From an uncultured Clostridia bacterium (GTDB lineage: Bacteria; Bacillota; Clostridia; Peptostreptococcales; Anaerovoracaceae), in contig CAMYVY010000009.1 of assembly GCA_947302715.1 (NCBI GenBank), positions 11,648-75,647 of the forward strand: a stretch of 64,000 bases of DNA, read 5' to 3'. Both the position numbers and the translations under genes were made by a program. The first letter of the stretch is position 1. Each line of letters opens with the position of its first letter. Shown here piece after piece: positions 27,998 to 37,769 of the stretch. A model generated the notes under the pieces. It was not told where the DNA came from, made no database searches, and saw only the letters and a program-made list of their open reading frames with translations.

Positions 27998-29353
27998 ATG
28001 GGGAAATATTTTGGTACTGATGGTTTTCGCGGCGAGGCCAATAAAGACCTTAATTATGAACATGCGATAAAGATTGGGCGTTTCCTTGGCTGGTACTATG
28101 GCGCAAAGCAAGGACCGGAGAAAAAAGCCAAGGTAGTTATCGGCAAGGACACGCGCCGCTCGAGCTATATGTTCGAGGATGCGTTGTGCACAGGCCTTAT
28201 TGCGAGCGGCGCTGACGCCTATATCATGCATGTTACAACGACTCCGTCGGTTGCGTACATCACGCGTGTTGACGACTTTGATTGCGGAATAATGATTTCC
28301 GCGTCGCACAATCCGTTCTACGATAACGGCATCAAGCTCTTCAACGAAAAAGGTGAGAAGATGCCGGAGGATACGATTCTTGAAATCGAGGATTACATCG
28401 ATGGAAAGTTGGAGATTCCGCTTGCCGTCCGTGATAAAATCGGGCAGACCGTTGACTACGAATCCGGCCGCAACCGCTACATGGGTTATCTGATTTCGCT
28501 GGCGAAGTACGGCTTCAAGGATGTGAAGGTAGGTCTGGATGTTGCAAACGGTGCGGCCTGGTCTATTGCTAAGGGAGTTTTCAATGCGCTCGGCGCAAAG
28601 ACCTACGTTATAAACGACAGCCCGGATGGTTTCAACATCAACACCGACTGCGGCTCCACTCATATCGAGCATCTGCAGAAGTTCGTGGTCGACAATGGTC
28701 TGGATGTTGGTTTTGCTTATGATGGCGATGCCGACCGTTGCCTCTGCGTCGATGAAAAGGGAAACGTCATTACTGGCGACCACATTCTCTATATCTACGG
28801 CCTCTACATGAAAGAGCGCGACAAACTTCTCGACAACAAAATCGTAACGACCATCATGAGTAACTTTGGTCTCTATAAGGCGCTCGACAAGGTCGGCATC
28901 GAATATGAGAAAACCAAAGTCGGCGACAAATATGTCTATGAATGCATGGCCGAAAACGGTTATCGTATCGGCGGTGAACAGAGCGGCCACATCATTTTTA
29001 CAAAGTATGCGACGACGGGTGACGGCATCCTGACCAGTCTCAAAATCATGGAGGCGATGCTGGCAAAGAAGAAGCCGCTTAGTGAACTCGCTGCACCAGT
29101 AGAGTTCTATCCGCAGGTTCTTAAGAACGTCCGCGTGAAGAGTAAGCCCGACGCACAGAATGACCCGGATGTGCAGGCAGCGGTCGCAGCGGTCTCCGAG
29201 AAACTGGGAGACGAAGGACGAATTCTCGTTCGCGAGTCCGGGACAGAGCCTGTGATTCGCGTAATGGTTGAGGCGGGCTCCGACGAGACCTGTGAAAAAT
29301 ACGTTGATGAGGTCATCGAGGTTATTGCGAGCAAGGGCCACATCGCAGAGTAG
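27998..29353 (+). CDS. glmM: Phosphoglucosamine mutase
   Basis: 'KYFGTDG.RG', 'GKDTRRS', 'ISASHNPF.DNGIK', 'DGDADR', 'VGDKYV', 'GGEQSGH', 'RESGTEP'; AAGGAG RBS before ATG 27998. Confidence 0.95.
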   Translation: MGKYFGTDGFRGEANKDLNYEHAIKIGRFLGWYYGAKQGPEKKAKVVIGKDTRRSSYMFEDALCTGLIASGADAYIMHVTTTPSVAYITRVDDFDCGIMISASHNPFYDNGIKLFNEKGEKMPEDTILEIEDYIDGKLEIPLAVRDKIGQTVDYESGRNRYMGYLISLAKYGFKDVKVGLDVANGAAWSIAKGVFNALGAKTYVINDSPDGFNINTDCGSTHIEHLQKFVVDNGLDVGFAYDGDADRCLCVDEKGNVITGDHILYIYGLYMKERDKLLDNKIVTTIMSNFGLYKALDKVGIEYEKTKVGDKYVYECMAENGYRIGGEQSGHIIFTKYATTGDGILTSLKIMEAMLAKKKPLSELAAPVEFYPQVLKNVRVKSKPDAQNDPDVQAAVAAVSEKLGDEGRILVRESGTEPVIRVMVEAGSDETCEKYVDEVIEVIASKGHIAE

Positions 29354-29415
29354 CATTTTTGATTATATGTAGATGCATTATACGAATATGCTATGTAGCA
29401 AAATGAATTATTAGC

Positions 29416-29470
29416 AAAATGCTACGCGAAAGAAAGCAAACGACTATCTATCGCGTAGCGTTTTTATTTT
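29416..29470 (+). terminator. Terminator-like hairpin after glmM
   Basis: gctacgcga / tcgcgtagc stem with a long loop, followed by a T-rich tract. Confidence 0.55.
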
Positions 29471-29663
29471 TTGAAAAGTGCTGTATAGAAAATCGCAAAT
29501 AATACAAAAACTACGCGAAAGAGGGTAAAAGATTCCCCGACAAACGACAAAGGATTTTCCGAAGAAACTATTTATGTTGAGGGAAACGTCCCAACTATGA
29601 TATCATAGTCTAATAATTGTAATAATTAATGAATACGTGCATATAGAGAATAAGTTGTCATAA

Positions 29664-30182
29664 ATGAATAATATCAACCCAAGTAGAAAATATCTAATAG
29701 CCACTTTGATAGTCATGGCTTTCATTTTCTTTCAGTCGTCTTTACAAGGACCCGTGTCAGGAAATGAGAGTGGCGTTTTTGTTGAGATTATAGCCAAAAT
29801 ACTCAAAGTGACGCCGGACGAAGGTTTCCATTTTACAATAAGAAAACTTGCTCATTTTACGGAGTATGCGATATTGGGCATAACGCTCGGATTGCTCGTT
29901 TGGAGCCCATCGAACAAGGCCGCCACCGAGCATTCAAACTCCGCAGATCATCTTGATGAAACCATAGCATCAGGTGAAGTAATTCTTCCTCAATTTAGAA
30001 CAGGATTTATTGCATGGTTAATAGGTAGTGTTTATGCTGTGACAGATGAACTTCATCAATATTTAGTCCCTGGCAGGAGCTGCCAAGTGAATGATATGCT
30101 TATCGATTCCGCCGGGGTATTCTTTGGGGTGCTTTTAACCGGCATTCTATTATTATTTATTAGGCGTACAAGACGAGTGTAA
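29664..30182 (+). CDS. VanZ family membrane protein
   Basis: 'RKLAHFTEYAILG', 'YAVTDELHQ..VPGR....D..ID'. Confidence 0.85.
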   Translation: MNNINPSRKYLIATLIVMAFIFFQSSLQGPVSGNESGVFVEIIAKILKVTPDEGFHFTIRKLAHFTEYAILGITLGLLVWSPSNKAATEHSNSADHLDETIASGEVILPQFRTGFIAWLIGSVYAVTDELHQYLVPGRSCQVNDMLIDSAGVFFGVLLTGILLLFIRRTRRV

Positions 30183-30260
30183 AAAAGCGAAAGGCATCTA
30201 TATAATTACTATCCGCATATGTAAGATCTGTAAGCGAGTGTAAGAAAGAATGAGGGAAAT

Positions 30261-32171
30261 ATGATGAAAGGCAATCTCTTTAGAAGGCAATTAAGAAGAC
30301 AACTATCTTTAATACTTGTTGTTTTTACTTTATTCTTGATGTTCCCTGGTTACTGGGGCGGAATAACTATTGCAGCAGCGCAGGAATCTGACATAGATAT
30401 CAACAGTTACGATAGCCTGGGTCTCAGAGGCACTTTCTGCTACGACAAAGCCTTCGAAGTACTTGCAATAGTAAATGCCGAAAGAGCAAAAGTCGGTCTC
30501 AGACCGTTAAGAATGGACGCAGAACTCCTTGATGCAGCAATGGTGAGAGCCGCCGAGACTGCGCTCTTGTTCTCACACACAAGGCCGAATGGTGAAGCGT
30601 GCTTCTCCATCAGCGGAAGCATGTTCGGAGAAAATATCGCTTATGGCCATAATAATGCAGCGGGTACGATGGAACAGTGGATGAATTCACCGGGTCACAA
30701 ATACAATATTCTAAATGGATGGTCGAATACTCCGAGTGAATATAAAAACCCAATGAGGTATACCACGATAGGTATTGGATGCTTCGAGTATGCGGGCAGG
30801 TGCTATTGGAGTCAGGCCTTCGGAATTGCCAACCTTTCTTCTGACTGTGCAAGACCGAGAAATGACATGATGGATGTGATGATTGCAATGCCAAGAAATA
30901 ACTTTATTCTTGATGGTGGCAACAGAATTACGTACACATTCGATCCTCTGGTTTGGATACAGGATGAGCACAATTCGTTTTTCTATGCCATAGGTGATGA
31001 GCCAATCTTGGTGAATGTGGGAGAGGGAACAACTCTTGGCTTGGGGATGAACGGAGTGGTATTCATACCTGAGTCAGTGCGATGGAAGATTGGAGACGCA
31101 AGCGTTGCGAAGATGGACGGCATCAATGTTATCGGAGTTAAGCCTGGAATTACAAAACTTACAGCGATGTCTTCCGCCGGAACGGAAAGAGCAACTGCCA
31201 ACGTAAAGGTTGTTGACTTTAAGCGTGTTTCCGGAAAAGACAGATATCTGACCTCAATTGCTGCAGCGGATTATTTGCTGGAGCAAAGAAAGGAAAGCGG
31301 TAAATTATCAAAATTTGACACGGTTGTAATTGCCTTTGGTGGGAATTTTGCTGATGCGCTTTCCGGAACATATTTGGCGGGAATCACGGATGCTCCAATT
31401 CTTTTAGTAAACAAGACCTACGAGGAACAGGTTGTCAGCTACATAAAATCCAACCTCAGGTCGGGAGGAAAGGCGTATATTCTTGGTGGCAACTTGGCTG
31501 TTTCAAAGAGCGTTGAGGACAAGCTGGGTTCATCCGGATTTGCTGTAAAGAGGCTTGCTGGTCAAGATCGTTACGGTACAAATTTGGCAATCCTGGAGGA
31601 GTGCGCAGCTATCAGCGGCCTCAGCTCCGGCTCCGGCTCCGGCTCCGCCATTTCCAATAACCATTACATGATTTGCTCGGGCACGAGCTTCGCGGATTCT
31701 CTCTCCGCCGCTTCCGTCGGATATCCAATAATGCTTGTTGGAAAGTCATTGACGTCCGCGCAGAGGGAACATCTTCTCAAACAGCAGAGCTTGACCGTTA
31801 GCAAATTCGCAGCGGATATAATCGGGGGCACATTTGCTGTAAATTCTTCAGTTGAGGGAGAACTCGGAAATTATACTGCAGCTATTCGAAGAATTGGAGG
31901 AAAGGATCGATTTGAAACATCCGAGTTGGTAGCCAAGAACTATTTCTCTAACCCTGATTCTGCAGTCTTAGTCTATTCGCAGAATTTCCCCGATGGGCTA
32001 TCGGGTGGTCCGGTGGGAGTTGCACTGAACGCACCGATTCTTTTAGTGAACAACAAAAATTACTCCAGAGCAGAGTCGTTTTGCAAGTTGAATAGAATCA
32101 GAAAAGTTGTCGCTGTAGGTGGACAAGTGATTATACCTGATGAAGTAGGTATTGCTTGCGTTGCTTGGTAG
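30261..32171 (+). CDS. Secreted CAP (SCP) domain + Ig-like + three CWB2 repeats
   Basis: Signal-like N-terminus; 'IVNAERAKVGL.PL', 'HTRPNG', 'GENIAYG', 'WMNSPGH..NIL'; repeats 'R..G.DRY.T', 'FADALS', 'PILL'. Confidence 0.85.
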   Translation: MMKGNLFRRQLRRQLSLILVVFTLFLMFPGYWGGITIAAAQESDIDINSYDSLGLRGTFCYDKAFEVLAIVNAERAKVGLRPLRMDAELLDAAMVRAAETALLFSHTRPNGEACFSISGSMFGENIAYGHNNAAGTMEQWMNSPGHKYNILNGWSNTPSEYKNPMRYTTIGIGCFEYAGRCYWSQAFGIANLSSDCARPRNDMMDVMIAMPRNNFILDGGNRITYTFDPLVWIQDEHNSFFYAIGDEPILVNVGEGTTLGLGMNGVVFIPESVRWKIGDASVAKMDGINVIGVKPGITKLTAMSSAGTERATANVKVVDFKRVSGKDRYLTSIAAADYLLEQRKESGKLSKFDTVVIAFGGNFADALSGTYLAGITDAPILLVNKTYEEQVVSYIKSNLRSGGKAYILGGNLAVSKSVEDKLGSSGFAVKRLAGQDRYGTNLAILEECAAISGLSSGSGSGSAISNNHYMICSGTSFADSLSAASVGYPIMLVGKSLTSAQREHLLKQQSLTVSKFAADIIGGTFAVNSSVEGELGNYTAAIRRIGGKDRFETSELVAKNYFSNPDSAVLVYSQNFPDGLSGGPVGVALNAPILLVNNKNYSRAESFCKLNRIRKVVAVGGQVIIPDEVGIACVAW

Positions 32172-32248
32172 GGCGAACGATGGATGCTGTGCGCTGGCGA
32201 CTTTGATGGGTTAGGTAATGCTTGGTGAGTTTAATGAGGTGATTATTT

Positions 32249-33958
32249 ATGAGATTTAGACGTGGGAATAAATTAAAACGAAGATTTCGGCACATTGCGG
32301 CTGCATTGGTTATGCTTTTCCTCGTGTTTGGCGTCTTGCCATCTGCGACTCCAATTTCGGGAACATGGCCATCTTTGGCTGCGATATCAGATATGTGGTG
32401 CCCCGGAGCGCTTGTTGCGCAGGCTGACAGTATTCCGTTTGACCCAAATGATTACCCCGGTGAATTCGATTATGAATATGCTTACGAGGTATTGGAGATA
32501 GTTAACGAGGTGCGCAAAGCGGGCGGACGGCCGGAAATCAAGATGGAAAAGAGTCTGCTTGATTCGGCCATGCTGCGTGCAGCCGAAATACCCAATTATT
32601 TCTCGCATTATAGGCCAAACGGTACATCGTTTAGGACGACGAATACAATAGTTGATCAAGAGAATATTGCATTCGGATTCTTTAGCCCTGAGGATGTAAT
32701 GGATTGCTGGATGAATTCATATGCACACTGGGACAACATTATGTATGATGGCTATAACACCATTGGAATCGGTTGCTATCGTTACGGAGGAAGTGTATAC
32801 TGGGTCCAGCATTTCAGCCCAACCAAAATCAGCGAGAGCTATGCGGACCCTCGCGGCCTCGGTTTTTCAAACAACATAGAGGATTACGACATAACGCGCT
32901 ACGCAGGGAAGAACAGATATGAGACAGCTCTCCAAATTGCAAATAGTATTGGCGTGCTTTTCGACTATCAAGAGGGCCGATTCGGAGATATGACGATAAA
33001 AGAATTCATTTCGCGATATGGAGAAATGTTTACTGAGGCCGGGGACTCTTTTGACACGGTGATAGTTGCTTATGGCGGAAACTATGCGGATGCGCTTTCG
33101 GGTTCGTATTTGGCTTATCTAACAAAGGCACCGATTGTCTTGGTGAATAAATCAAATGAGAATCAGATAATTGATTATGTAAATAAAAAACTCGTGGACG
33201 ATGGACAGGTATATATTTTGGGCGGCCCTTCGGTTGTGTCTGATCATTTGGAAGAGACCCTTTCCGGCAATTTCTTTGTAACACGGCTTTGGGGTAATGA
33301 TAGATACGGTACTAATTTGTCCATACTTAAGGAATGCAATAGACTTTTGGGAAAGGGCGAACTGTCGGCGTACAATGCTGATGGTGCGGGCGAATCGACT
33401 GCAAGTGAAGTTGATGGTGCGAGCGAATCGACTGGTTCCGCTGAATTTGTTTACCCGGACGGTCCTTGCTTGGTTTGTTCCGGCAAGGGCTTTGCTGATG
33501 CTCTCTCGGCTTCAGCAGCTTGTATGCCAATACTCCTGGTGGGCGATAAGCTGACAGGTGACCAGGAGGCCTATCTCGAAAAAACCGAGTATGACTACAG
33601 CATCATAGGAGGTACTCTTGCTGTTAGTAATGATGTCGAATATGCGCTATCCGATAGTGGAGTAGTGAGAACGAGGCTTGCTGGTAAGGATAGATTCGAG
33701 ACGTCGGTCCTGGTAGCAAAGAGCTTTTTCCCGAGCAAACCGGAAACTGTGATGCTGGCTTATTCGCAGAACTTCCCGGATGGTCTGTCCGGTGCACCAC
33801 TTGCGCAGATGTATAATGCTCCGCTTATACTCGTAAACAACAAGAATTATCAGCATGCTGTTGATTATTGCAAATCCGTCGTAGCGAAAGCCCTTGGAAT
33901 CTTTGGAGGAGAATTGGTCATTTCGAACGATACGGCTATTAAATGTCTTGCATGGTAG
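32249..33958 (+). CDS. Second secreted CAP domain + three CWB2 repeats (paralog)
   Basis: 'HYRPNG', 'ENIAFG', 'WMNSYAH..NI'; three CWB2 repeats; ends CLAW versus CVAW in its neighbour. Confidence 0.85.
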   Translation: MRFRRGNKLKRRFRHIAAALVMLFLVFGVLPSATPISGTWPSLAAISDMWCPGALVAQADSIPFDPNDYPGEFDYEYAYEVLEIVNEVRKAGGRPEIKMEKSLLDSAMLRAAEIPNYFSHYRPNGTSFRTTNTIVDQENIAFGFFSPEDVMDCWMNSYAHWDNIMYDGYNTIGIGCYRYGGSVYWVQHFSPTKISESYADPRGLGFSNNIEDYDITRYAGKNRYETALQIANSIGVLFDYQEGRFGDMTIKEFISRYGEMFTEAGDSFDTVIVAYGGNYADALSGSYLAYLTKAPIVLVNKSNENQIIDYVNKKLVDDGQVYILGGPSVVSDHLEETLSGNFFVTRLWGNDRYGTNLSILKECNRLLGKGELSAYNADGAGESTASEVDGASESTGSAEFVYPDGPCLVCSGKGFADALSASAACMPILLVGDKLTGDQEAYLEKTEYDYSIIGGTLAVSNDVEYALSDSGVVRTRLAGKDRFETSVLVAKSFFPSKPETVMLAYSQNFPDGLSGAPLAQMYNAPLILVNNKNYQHAVDYCKSVVAKALGIFGGELVISNDTAIKCLAW

Positions 33959-34044
33959 GCATGCCGGCTCGCATGGTAAATTGCATGGTAGGCATACCAG
34001 CTCGCATGGAATCTTGCCGGACAACATATGTGAGAAAAAAATCC

Positions 34045-34073
34045 TTGCTCGAACTTGTAAAAAAGGGTATAAT
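34045..34073 (+). promoter_or_regulatory. Promoter of the rpsU operon
   Basis: TTGCTC-17 bp-TATAAT. Confidence 0.65.
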
Positions 34074-34155
34074 ACCATGTGCTGAAGCAAGTGCTGTTCA
34101 CTACTTGTAATTTCAATATCGAATGAATTTCAAGAAGGCAGGAGGTGAAAAGGGA

Positions 34156-34335
34156 ATGGCACAGGTAATAGTAAGAGAAAATGAAAGCTTGGAAAGCGCT
34201 CTAAAGAGATTTAAGAGATCATGCGCCAGAGACGGCGTCATGGCTGAGGTCAGAAAGAGAGAGCACTACGAGAAGCCAAGTGTAAAGAGAAAGAAAAAAT
34301 CTGAGGCTGCAAGAAAGAAAGCCAGAAGGTATTAG
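34156..34335 (+). CDS. rpsU: 30S ribosomal protein bS21
   Basis: '[16 protein letters not shown]', '[24 protein letters not shown]'. Confidence 0.97.
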   Translation: MAQVIVRENESLESALKRFKRSCARDGVMAEVRKREHYEKPSVKRKKKSEAARKKARRY

Positions 34336-34337
34336 TC

Positions 34338-34784
34338 ATGAGCCTTAAAGACAAACTCATGGAAGATTTCAAGCAGGCCATGAAGGACCGCGACGAAATC
34401 GCTAAGAACACAATAAATCTTGCTCGTGCCGCAATCAAGCAGTACGAAGTGGATAACCGTGAAGAGCTGGACGATGCCGGAATAATCGGAATACTGCAGA
34501 AGCAGGTGAAGATGAGGAACGACGCTCTTGCCGATTTTGAAAAAGCAGGAAGAACAGACATGCTCGACGCCTACAAGGCCGAGATAGCAGTGCTTGAGAA
34601 ATACCTACCCGAGCAGATGAGCCCTGACGCCATCAAGACCGCCGTCGCAGAGATTGCCGGTGAGCTGGGAATCGCTGGCGGCAAGGAGAACATGGGGAAA
34701 CTCATGGGCGCTGTCATGGGAAAGCTGAAAGGGCAGGCCGATGGAAATGCCGTAAGGCAGGCCGTGTCGGAGTTTCTCGGATAA
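34338..34784 (+). CDS. yqeY: GatB/YqeY domain protein
   Basis: 'MSLKDKL.ED.K.AMK', 'E...LE.YLPEQ', 'MGKLMGAVM..LKGQADG'; follows rpsU as expected. Confidence 0.9.
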   Translation: MSLKDKLMEDFKQAMKDRDEIAKNTINLARAAIKQYEVDNREELDDAGIIGILQKQVKMRNDALADFEKAGRTDMLDAYKAEIAVLEKYLPEQMSPDAIKTAVAEIAGELGIAGGKENMGKLMGAVMGKLKGQADGNAVRQAVSEFLG

Positions 34785-34946
34785 GATTAACCGAAGCATG
34801 CCGGAGGGCAGCCCGGAAGGAATGCCGAGATAGACAAGCACAGCGAATTATACAATTCGAAATACAATTCGAAATAGAAACACAAAGGGGATCGGTCTTA
34901 ATATTTGACAGTCCCCTTTTTGCATCAAACAAAGAAAGGAAAGAAT

Positions 34947-35960
34947 TTGTCCGAGATTTTTAAAACAGTCAACATAGAGGATACAATTGACCGCCGGGAG
35001 CTTTTCGGCAATTTGGATGCGAATCTAAACCTGATTTCCGAGGCGACGGGCGTCGAGATTTTTCAAAGGGATAACGACCTCCTGATAAAGCCCGTTAGGA
35101 CTGTTGGTTTTAAATTCGATGGTGCGGAAGCTGAGGAAGAAAACGACAACGAATCGGTGGAAACCGCAGCAAAGATTCTCCGTGAGCTCATGGAAATCCT
35201 AAAGAGCGGCGAGCAGCTCGACACGCAAAAAGTGAGCTACGTTACGTCGCTCGCAATGGAAGGAAAGTCCTATAGAGAGAGCGACATAAGTCGCGATATC
35301 ATCGGCTTTACGACGAAGGGCAAGCCAATCAAAGCCAAAACCATCGGTCAGCGCAACTACGTTAAGGCGATAGAAAAGAACGGAGTGACGTTCGCTATCG
35401 GGCCGGCGGGAACGGGAAAAACCTACCTCGCTGTTGCGATGGCGGTGAAGGCATATAAGAACAAGGACGTCGAGCGGATTATCTTGACTCGTCCGGCCGT
35501 GGAAGCAGGAGAGCGCCTTGGCTTCCTTCCAGGCGACCTTCAGGACAAGGTCGACCCATACCTTAGACCTCTCTACGATGCGCTCTATGATTTAATAGGT
35601 CGCGACAACACGATTCGCCTTAAAGAAAAAGAGACAATCGAGGTTGTTCCGCTTGCCTACATGCGCGGACGAACGCTGAACAACGCCTTTATCATTCTTG
35701 ATGAAGCCCAGAATACAACAAGGGAGCAGATGAAGATGTTCCTTACTCGCATGGGCTTTGGATCCAAGGTGGTTGTGACCGGAGACGTAACGCAGATTGA
35801 CCTGCCCGACGGGAAAAAGAGCGGGCTAATCGAAGCGCAGAAGATTCTTAAGGGTGTTGAAGGAATTGAAATTTGTCGCTTACGTGGTGTCGACGTTATC
35901 AGACACGAACTTGTTAAACGAATCATCGACGCTTACGAGAGCCACGAGGAGAAGAGGTAA
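34947..35960 (+). CDS. phoH: PhoH family ATPase
   Basis: 'GPAGTGKTYLA', 'RPAVEAGE.LGFLPGD', 'PLAYMRGRTL', 'DEAQN'; TTG start at 34947 after an AAAGGA RBS. Confidence 0.93.
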   Translation: MSEIFKTVNIEDTIDRRELFGNLDANLNLISEATGVEIFQRDNDLLIKPVRTVGFKFDGAEAEEENDNESVETAAKILRELMEILKSGEQLDTQKVSYVTSLAMEGKSYRESDISRDIIGFTTKGKPIKAKTIGQRNYVKAIEKNGVTFAIGPAGTGKTYLAVAMAVKAYKNKDVERIILTRPAVEAGERLGFLPGDLQDKVDPYLRPLYDALYDLIGRDNTIRLKEKETIEVVPLAYMRGRTLNNAFIILDEAQNTTREQMKMFLTRMGFGSKVVVTGDVTQIDLPDGKKSGLIEAQKILKGVEGIEICRLRGVDVIRHELVKRIIDAYESHEEKR

Positions 35961-35965
35961 ACCAA

Positions 35966-36433
35966 ATGACGATATATTTTGATGATGGTTTTGATATGAA
36001 TTCGAGCATGACGAGACTCATGGAATTAGCTGCGTCCGAGTGCATCAAGGCTGAAGGCATCGATGCTCTTGATCCTGAAAGGTGCGCCGTCAGTGTTTCG
36101 TTTGCGATGAAGAACGAGATTCAATCCATGAACAAGAGGTACCGCGGGGTGGACAAGGTGACCGACGTTTTATCGTTCCCTCAGTTCGATGACGTAAGCA
36201 AGGTTCCCGCTGAGGGAGAAATACTCCTGGGCGATGTGATTCTGTGCATAGAGGTGGCGATGGAGCAGGCTAAGGAATTTGGGCATAGCCAGGAAAGGGA
36301 GCTGCTTTATTTATTCACTCACAGCATTCTACACTTGCTCGGGTATGACCATATGAACGACGAAGGAAAGTCGGCGATGCGTGTGCGTGAGGAGGAAGTC
36401 ATGCGCGCAATCGGGCTCCCGGAGCCAAAATAA
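35966..36433 (+). CDS. ybeY: rRNA maturation endoribonuclease YbeY
   Basis: 'YRGVDKVTDVLSFP', 'HSILHLLGYDH'. Confidence 0.95.
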   Translation: MTIYFDDGFDMNSSMTRLMELAASECIKAEGIDALDPERCAVSVSFAMKNEIQSMNKRYRGVDKVTDVLSFPQFDDVSKVPAEGEILLGDVILCIEVAMEQAKEFGHSQERELLYLFTHSILHLLGYDHMNDEGKSAMRVREEEVMRAIGLPEPK

Positions 36434-36455
36434 AGGAAGGAGATCGGAAATAAAA

Positions 36456-36863
36456 ATGACTGATAAGGAATTATATAGAGAAGCAGTCAAAGCCATGGAG
36501 AATGCGTATACTCCTTTTTCGCATTTTAACGTTGGCGCGGCGATTTTGACGGAGGACGGAGAAGTGTTCACAGGCTGCAATATAGAGAATTCTTCACTTG
36601 GAGCGACAATCTGTGCCGAGCGCACCGCCTGCGTCAAAGCGGTTTCTAATGGTAAGCGTAAATTCCAAAAGATAGCGGTCGTCTGCCATGAAGGCGCAGT
36701 TACGCCATGTGGGATTTGCAGGCAGTTTCTTTATGAATTTGCACCGAAGCTACCCGTGATTACCGGTCCGGACGAGGACCATCTAATGGAGTATAAACTA
36801 AACGAGCTTCTCTTGGACGGATTTCGCCTGGGGGACGAGGGTGCAGTTCTTGGAGTTGAATGA
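36456..36863 (+). CDS. cdd: Cytidine deaminase
   Basis: 'AY.PFS.F.VGAA', 'GCNIEN', 'CAER', 'PCGICRQ'. Confidence 0.95.
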   Translation: MTDKELYREAVKAMENAYTPFSHFNVGAAILTEDGEVFTGCNIENSSLGATICAERTACVKAVSNGKRKFQKIAVVCHEGAVTPCGICRQFLYEFAPKLPVITGPDEDHLMEYKLNELLLDGFRLGDEGAVLGVE

Positions 36864-37756
36864 CGAAAATGAAATCTGGATTTGTTGGAATTATAGGGCG
36901 GCCTAATGTTGGGAAGTCGACCCTTTTAAATAATATACTTGGCGAAAAAATCGCAATTACCACGGATAAGGCGCAGACCACGCGTAACATAATCCGTGGT
37001 ATTTACACGCATAAAAATGATGTTCAAATTGTCTTTATCGATACCCCGGGCATCCACAAAGCTAAAAACAGGCTTGGCAGCATCATGACACAGAGCGCCA
37101 TAAATACCTTCAAAGAGGTTGATGTGGTGCTATTTTTGGTGGACGGAGCTCCTGACAAGGGTAAAGGTGACATGTTCATAACTGACATGCTTAGGGACCT
37201 CGATACGCCCAAATTCCTTCTTATAAACAAGGTCGACGAGATGGACCCTGACGAATTCAAGCGGACCTTTGATACCTACGAGGAAATGGGAGTCTTCGAT
37301 AAAGTCTTTGGAATTTCAGCGCTTAAGGGTACTCATGTACCTGACGTCATCAAAGCCGTTAGTGACGAACTTGATGAAGGCCCGATGTATTTCCCGGAGG
37401 ACATGATCACGGACCATCCGGAACGATTCATCGTAAGTGAAATCATAAGAGAAAAGCTCTTAATGTATCTTCAAGACGAGGTGCCGCACGGTGTTGCGGT
37501 TGAAATTGAGCGCTTTCACGAAACGGAGCGCATTGTTGAAATAAGCGCGGTTATCTACTGCGAGAGAAAGTCCCATAAGGGCATCATTATCGGAAAGCAA
37601 GGCCGAAAATTAAAGGGGGTCGGCAAGAGCGCACGCATGGAAATCGAAGCCCTTCTTGGAACAAAGGTGTTCTTGGAACTCTTTGTTAAAGTCAAGGAAA
37701 ATTGGAGAGAGTCTGATATCGCAATCACCAATTTCGGCTACGGCGACAAGGAATAA
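36860..37756 (+). CDS. era: GTPase Era
   Basis: 'GRPNVGKS', 'QTTR', 'DTPG', 'NKVD', KH domain with 'GIIIGK.G'. Confidence 0.97.
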   Translation: MTKMKSGFVGIIGRPNVGKSTLLNNILGEKIAITTDKAQTTRNIIRGIYTHKNDVQIVFIDTPGIHKAKNRLGSIMTQSAINTFKEVDVVLFLVDGAPDKGKGDMFITDMLRDLDTPKFLLINKVDEMDPDEFKRTFDTYEEMGVFDKVFGISALKGTHVPDVIKAVSDELDEGPMYFPEDMITDHPERFIVSEIIREKLLMYLQDEVPHGVAVEIERFHETERIVEISAVIYCERKSHKGIIIGKQGRKLKGVGKSARMEIEALLGTKVFLELFVKVKENWRESDIAITNFGYGDKE

Positions 37757-37769
37757 GCAAGAGGCTGTA

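Noticed and set aside
27968-29356. 462-aa ORF antisense to the whole of glmM
   Set aside because: Shadow of glmM codon usage; no motifs or RBS, and the + strand is an unambiguous GlmM.
29410-29560. Three ctacgcga motifs after glmM, suggesting a riboswitch or antiterminator
   Set aside because: Two form the terminator stem; the third lies downstream and cannot compete co-transcriptionally; no aptamer consensus recognised.
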